This document shows positions 28,512 to 32,000 of a stretch of DNA of 32,000 nt, piece after piece (within the stretch, counting starts at the first letter, position 1; each line of letters starts with the position of its first letter). The notes below the pieces were generated by a model, which saw only the letters and a program-made list of their open reading frames with translations, did no database searches and had not been told where the DNA came from. This DNA is from Saccharolobus solfataricus (GTDB lineage: Archaea > Thermoproteota > Thermoprotei_A > Sulfolobales > Sulfolobaceae). Position numbers and translations under genes: made by a program. Where the stretch lies: positions 1,230,001 through 1,262,000 of the forward strand of contig NZ_LT549890.1 in NCBI RefSeq assembly GCF_900079115.1. Direction: 5' to 3'.

Positions 28512-30992
28512 TTACCAGTAATTGTCGTAAACGTAGTCGTATAACTCCAATACCCACTTATCCAGTTCTCCTCTTTTTACCTTATCTTCAATCATTTTTC
28601 TAAACGAGAATATGCTATCCATTACCTTTGACCTCCTCTCTGGATCCAATGGAGAGAGTATGAAGAGTATCTTCCCGCTATTCATTATGTACTTGGGATA
28701 TAACATCTCTTTCATTAATATTTCCATAATTACTGGGGCCATTGATCTGTCAAACCTCGGGGCCAAATTAATAAGCTCTTCCTCGATCTCAGAAGCGTTA
28801 GCGTTAAGGATTTTTGCCAGCTTCTGAGCAGCTTCTTTAGCAGACATCTCCCTAAACGGACCTGAACTATAAGCCTTAGATATTACCTTATACACCTCTT
28901 CCACCGTTGAAGCGTTATTTGTCTTTCCAAAGGTTTCAGCTATTCTCCTAGACGCTCTCATATCTTGTTCTTTGTAAAACTCATATGTCCAATCTAAGTG
29001 TAACTCCCACAACTTCTCGAATATATCCTTTACCTTCGTCCCCTTTGTGACCTTTAGAACGTCTTCAGCTGGAATTACACCATCCTTAGTTAGCTTTGGT
29101 CCCTTAATATATCCATCCTTTGTGAAGCTAGCATCCCTATTTATTACACTCCATAGCCAAGAAGTGAATATTCTATAGGTAGCTAAGTCGTTCATGAACC
29201 TTTGCTTTAATTCATAATCATCTATTGCCGCAGCTAAGTTGCCATTTAGCAATTGGAAACCGTAATTCGCTGCCATATAAAACGCGTGTTGAACGTGTTC
29301 TGGTGTAATGTCTCCCTCTGGGATGTCATATAACGAATGCCATAGGTCTTTTCCACCCCATAATTCCTTATTAAATAATAGCTTTTCTGGAGTGTTAATC
29401 ATTTCCTTGGTTATAACCCAAGGCGTTATTTTTCCTCTTTCATCAATTAGGCCAAGCTTTTGGAATAACGCTCTTTCTTCTGGTGTTAACCCACTATCCA
29501 CGGTGGGTAATTTGGTTCCCTCTACCTCAATGTAATTAATTGGTGCGTCAATCATTTTCTGTAACTCATCTAAACTTGCCCTTAAGGGTTTGCTCCCTGC
29601 CTCTACATAAGCTTCTTCCTTAGTCGCTACCCAACTCTGTCTGAACATATCGTAAAGTTTACCCTTTACTTTTCCGTTAACTATATCCTCTAAAGTGATT
29701 TTACCTTCAACTTTACCCTCTGCCACAAAGATAAGTCCTATTAGCCTCTCCCTTAACTTATCTAGCTTTATTCCCCTTAATGCCTTTAAGTTGTATCTAT
29801 TTCTCCCGAATGGGTCAGTTTGAGGGTAGAGCATTACTGCCGCCATACCACCTACTGGAGCAGCATCGGCTTCGCCGTTCTTCGCCCCAGCTAATAGCAT
29901 CATGAGTGCGTTGTACTTTTGATAAGCCATCATGTTTGGTGAGGTCATGGTAATGTTTTGGGGATCTGGAAGTACTTTCTCTTGTAACCACATCTCAATC
30001 AGACTTCCCAAATAGTCCCATCTACCGTTATTTGATTTTATGAGTCTCTCACGAAATATCCACAGTATTACAGGGAAAAATCTTCCAGCATTGACCTCCT
30101 CATAAAGGAGAGCGAGCTTAAGTGTACCTATCTTAAGTCCTAGTTTAGACTCGATTCTTCTCAAGATCTTTTCTATTATCAATGCCTCATCCGGTGTCTG
30201 GGTTTTAGGTAGATAGAAATATACTCCAGAACCCGCACTCTTCAGACTATTATAATTGTTTAGGGTATATATAACGGCAGAAACAATTATAGCCGGTACT
30301 GGTTTACCATTTAACGTTATATCGAAATCCAAGAGGTGTAATCCAGGGAGTCTGTGGAAAATCACTGGCCACTTATCCCTAGGTTTGTTTAAGCTGTACG
30401 TTTTTCCCTTCTCGTAATAAGGATTTGGAGCCTTACCGGAGAGGAAGAGTTTTACGTTCTTTCTTCCCTCCCATACGTCAGCAATTGTTTTACCAGAACC
30501 AAAGGGTATATACCATGCAGGTGAGGCGTCTTCCTCATCTTCCATAACACATGCTACGTCTGAGTTTATTTGATTATACGCCCTACTCAGAGGATACCAA
30601 GGTCCAGTGATTTCTAACCCTGGGTTATTGAGGGGATGTGCGTCCTTTGGTATTGGTACATTTTCATTTAACCTCCATTTTAGCTTTGACTGTACCCCGA
30701 GGAAGTTATCTATCATCCCTTGAATGATTTCCCTAAAGGTTCTCTTATTTCCATCAGCATCTACAAAGACTTCGTCAAAGGATGGAAAAGCACCTTTTGA
30801 GGTCACGGGGTCTTTTGATTCTAACCATAGTCGCCTTTTATTAATAACCTTTCTTATCTCATCTGAGAACTCAACTGCGAGCTCCTCAATTAGTTTTTCA
30901 ACACTTACAATCCTATCGTTTATGGTCTTTTCTCCGAATAGGTCACTATACTTTTGATAGATCTCCTCAGGGATTTTAAGGCTAGAAGACAT
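28512..30992 (-). CDS. aceB: malate synthase (large archaeal form)
   Basis: 826 aa. NNGRWDYLGS corresponds to the malate synthase CGRWDY motif and NDLATYRIFTSWLW to the D.AT.EI.R.Q.WQW block. Adjacency to isocitrate lyase supports the call. Confidence 0.8.
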   Translation of the reverse strand: MSSSLKIPEEIYQKYSDLFGEKTINDRIVSVEKLIEELAVEFSDEIRKVINKRRLWLESKDPVTSKGAFPSFDEVFVDADGNKRTFREIIQGMIDNFLGVQSKLKWRLNENVPIPKDAHPLNNPGLEITGPWYPLSRAYNQINSDVACVMEDEEDASPAWYIPFGSGKTIADVWEGRKNVKLFLSGKAPNPYYEKGKTYSLNKPRDKWPVIFHRLPGLHLLDFDITLNGKPVPAIIVSAVIYTLNNYNSLKSAGSGVYFYLPKTQTPDEALIIEKILRRIESKLGLKIGTLKLALLYEEVNAGRFFPVILWIFRERLIKSNNGRWDYLGSLIEMWLQEKVLPDPQNITMTSPNMMAYQKYNALMMLLAGAKNGEADAAPVGGMAAVMLYPQTDPFGRNRYNLKALRGIKLDKLRERLIGLIFVAEGKVEGKITLEDIVNGKVKGKLYDMFRQSWVATKEEAYVEAGSKPLRASLDELQKMIDAPINYIEVEGTKLPTVDSGLTPEERALFQKLGLIDERGKITPWVITKEMINTPEKLLFNKELWGGKDLWHSLYDIPEGDITPEHVQHAFYMAANYGFQLLNGNLAAAIDDYELKQRFMNDLATYRIFTSWLWSVINRDASFTKDGYIKGPKLTKDGVIPAEDVLKVTKGTKVKDIFEKLWELHLDWTYEFYKEQDMRASRRIAETFGKTNNASTVEEVYKVISKAYSSGPFREMSAKEAAQKLAKILNANASEIEEELINLAPRFDRSMAPVIMEILMKEMLYPKYIMNSGKILFILSPLDPERRSKVMDSIFSFRKMIEDKVKRGELDKWVLELYDYVYDNYW

Positions 30993-31435
30993 TTGATCCC
31001 CAATTTTAAAAAGTTGGAGAATACTATTAAATTTTTCTAAAAAAGTTTCAATTAGATATATGGAGTACCTTATGGAAGAACTTATTTCTTTTTTGAACGT
31101 GCTTTTTAAGTTTTTAAATAAGAAATTGTATCTTGCAGCTTGTAGAGAACTCTACGATTTAGTCTCTGTGAACTGTAAGGGGAAGAGAAAAACTTCTCTC
31201 AATATTTGAGCTTAAGATTAAGGATAAATTCGTCATTGTCTAAGATTGGTGTGAATGTAACAAATTTATCTTATCTATTGAAATCCTATATGGAGTTTTT
31301 ACTGGGAAACATAAGTATTTAAATTTTAAAATAATACATATATTTACCATGTCAAATAGTGGAGGAAAGGATTGGGTAACAGCGTTAAAGGTGGCCATAT
31401 CAGCCGTTGCCAACAGTTTCAGATAAACCGTAAAG

Positions 31436-31444
31436 TTTATATTA
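31436..31444 (+). promoter_or_regulatory. TATA-box-like element for the IS607-type recombinase gene
   Basis: TTTATATTA is centred about 27 nt upstream of ATG 31467. Confidence 0.4.
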
Positions 31445-31466
31445 TTTTGCCACAAACTCTTATACA

Positions 31467-32000
31467 ATGCTAAGATCAAAGGAAGCATGCCAAAGACTAG
31501 GAATATCCTATGCAACACTTAGAGAATACGTTAAGAAAGGATACATAAAACCAGTTATACTACAGAGCGGAAAATGGAGATTCAGAGAAGAAGACGTAGA
31601 GAGGCTAATGGGAATTATTAGAAAAAGAAAAGTAATACTTTACGCCAGAGTATCATCTTCCACACAAAAAGACGATCTGGCAAACCAAGTGAAATATCTA
31701 GAGGAACAAGTCAAAGAATACGACCAAGTAATCACAGACATAGGTTCCGGGTTAAACATGAAGAGAAAAGGATTCCTAAAACTACTGAAAATGATACTTA
31801 ACAACGAAGTATCACGCGTAGTTATTGCTTACCCAGACAGACTTGTTAGATTCGGCTTCGAAATCCTGGAGGAAGTGTGCAAAGCACATGGCTGTGAAAT
31901 AGTAGTAATAAACCAAGAGGACAAAGAAGAAGAATTGGTCGAAGACTTAGTCTCAATACTACTCTCATTCAGTGGGAAACTACATGGCATGAGAAGTCAT
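31467..32000 (+). CDS. tnpA: IS607-family serine recombinase (TnpA, MerR-like HTH + resolvase domain), 3' end outside window
   Basis: It is absent from the ORF track because no stop falls in the window. Reading from ATG 31467 gives MLRSKEACQRLGISYATLREYVKKGYIKPV...KVILYARVSSSTQKDDLANQV...VVIAYPDRLVRFGFE, i.e. an N-terminal HTH followed by the catalytic-serine resolvase core. Confidence 0.85.
   Translation, partial: MLRSKEACQRLGISYATLREYVKKGYIKPVILQSGKWRFREEDVERLMGIIRKRKVILYARVSSSTQKDDLANQVKYLEEQVKEYDQVITDIGSGLNMKRKGFLKLLKMILNNEVSRVVIAYPDRLVRFGFEILEEVCKAHGCEIVVINQEDKEEELVEDLVSILLSFSGKLHGMRSH

Noticed and set aside
31240-31518. 92-aa minus-strand ORF upstream of malate synthase
   Set aside because: It overlaps the promoter and first 17 codons of the well-supported IS607-type recombinase gene on the opposite strand, and its sequence has no motif.

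Overview
AT-rich archaeal chromosome segment. Gene content, leaderless TATA-type promoters, ISC-like tnpB elements and an 826-aa malate synthase suggest Sulfolobales (inference). All calls rest on motif reading of the supplied translations and by-eye nucleotide comparison; no searches were run. Left third (1-13.5 kb): the end of a transglutaminase/alpha-E operon, an aryl-CoA cluster (crotonase, two PaaA-like di-iron proteins, a benzoate-CoA-ligase-family enzyme, a PaaX-like regulator), a tnpB-only IS200/IS605 element, an ABC-2 exporter with a sequon-rich membrane protein, ilvC and thiC. Right end: isocitrate lyase, malate synthase and the start of an IS607-type serine recombinase. Between thiC and aceA (about 13.5-26.7 kb) lies an accessory island. 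It holds a convergent, 3'-overlapping NurA-like/HerA-like pair and an inverted-order McrC-like/McrB-like pair whose GTPase has a possible PUA/EVE-like N-terminal domain. It also holds an Arch_ATPase/DUF234-type ATPase, a decayed tnpB element, a PD-(D/E)xK+DUF2075 protein and a MITE-like IS remnant. The least explained signal is a 170-190 bp intergenic sequence family. Three clear copies each point into a different island gene (nurA-like, herA-like, ATPase) and share an ATGTTGA core and an identical GGAAGAATTTAAACT block in two copies. A tandem palindromic operator-like repeat overlaps the ATPase start codon.
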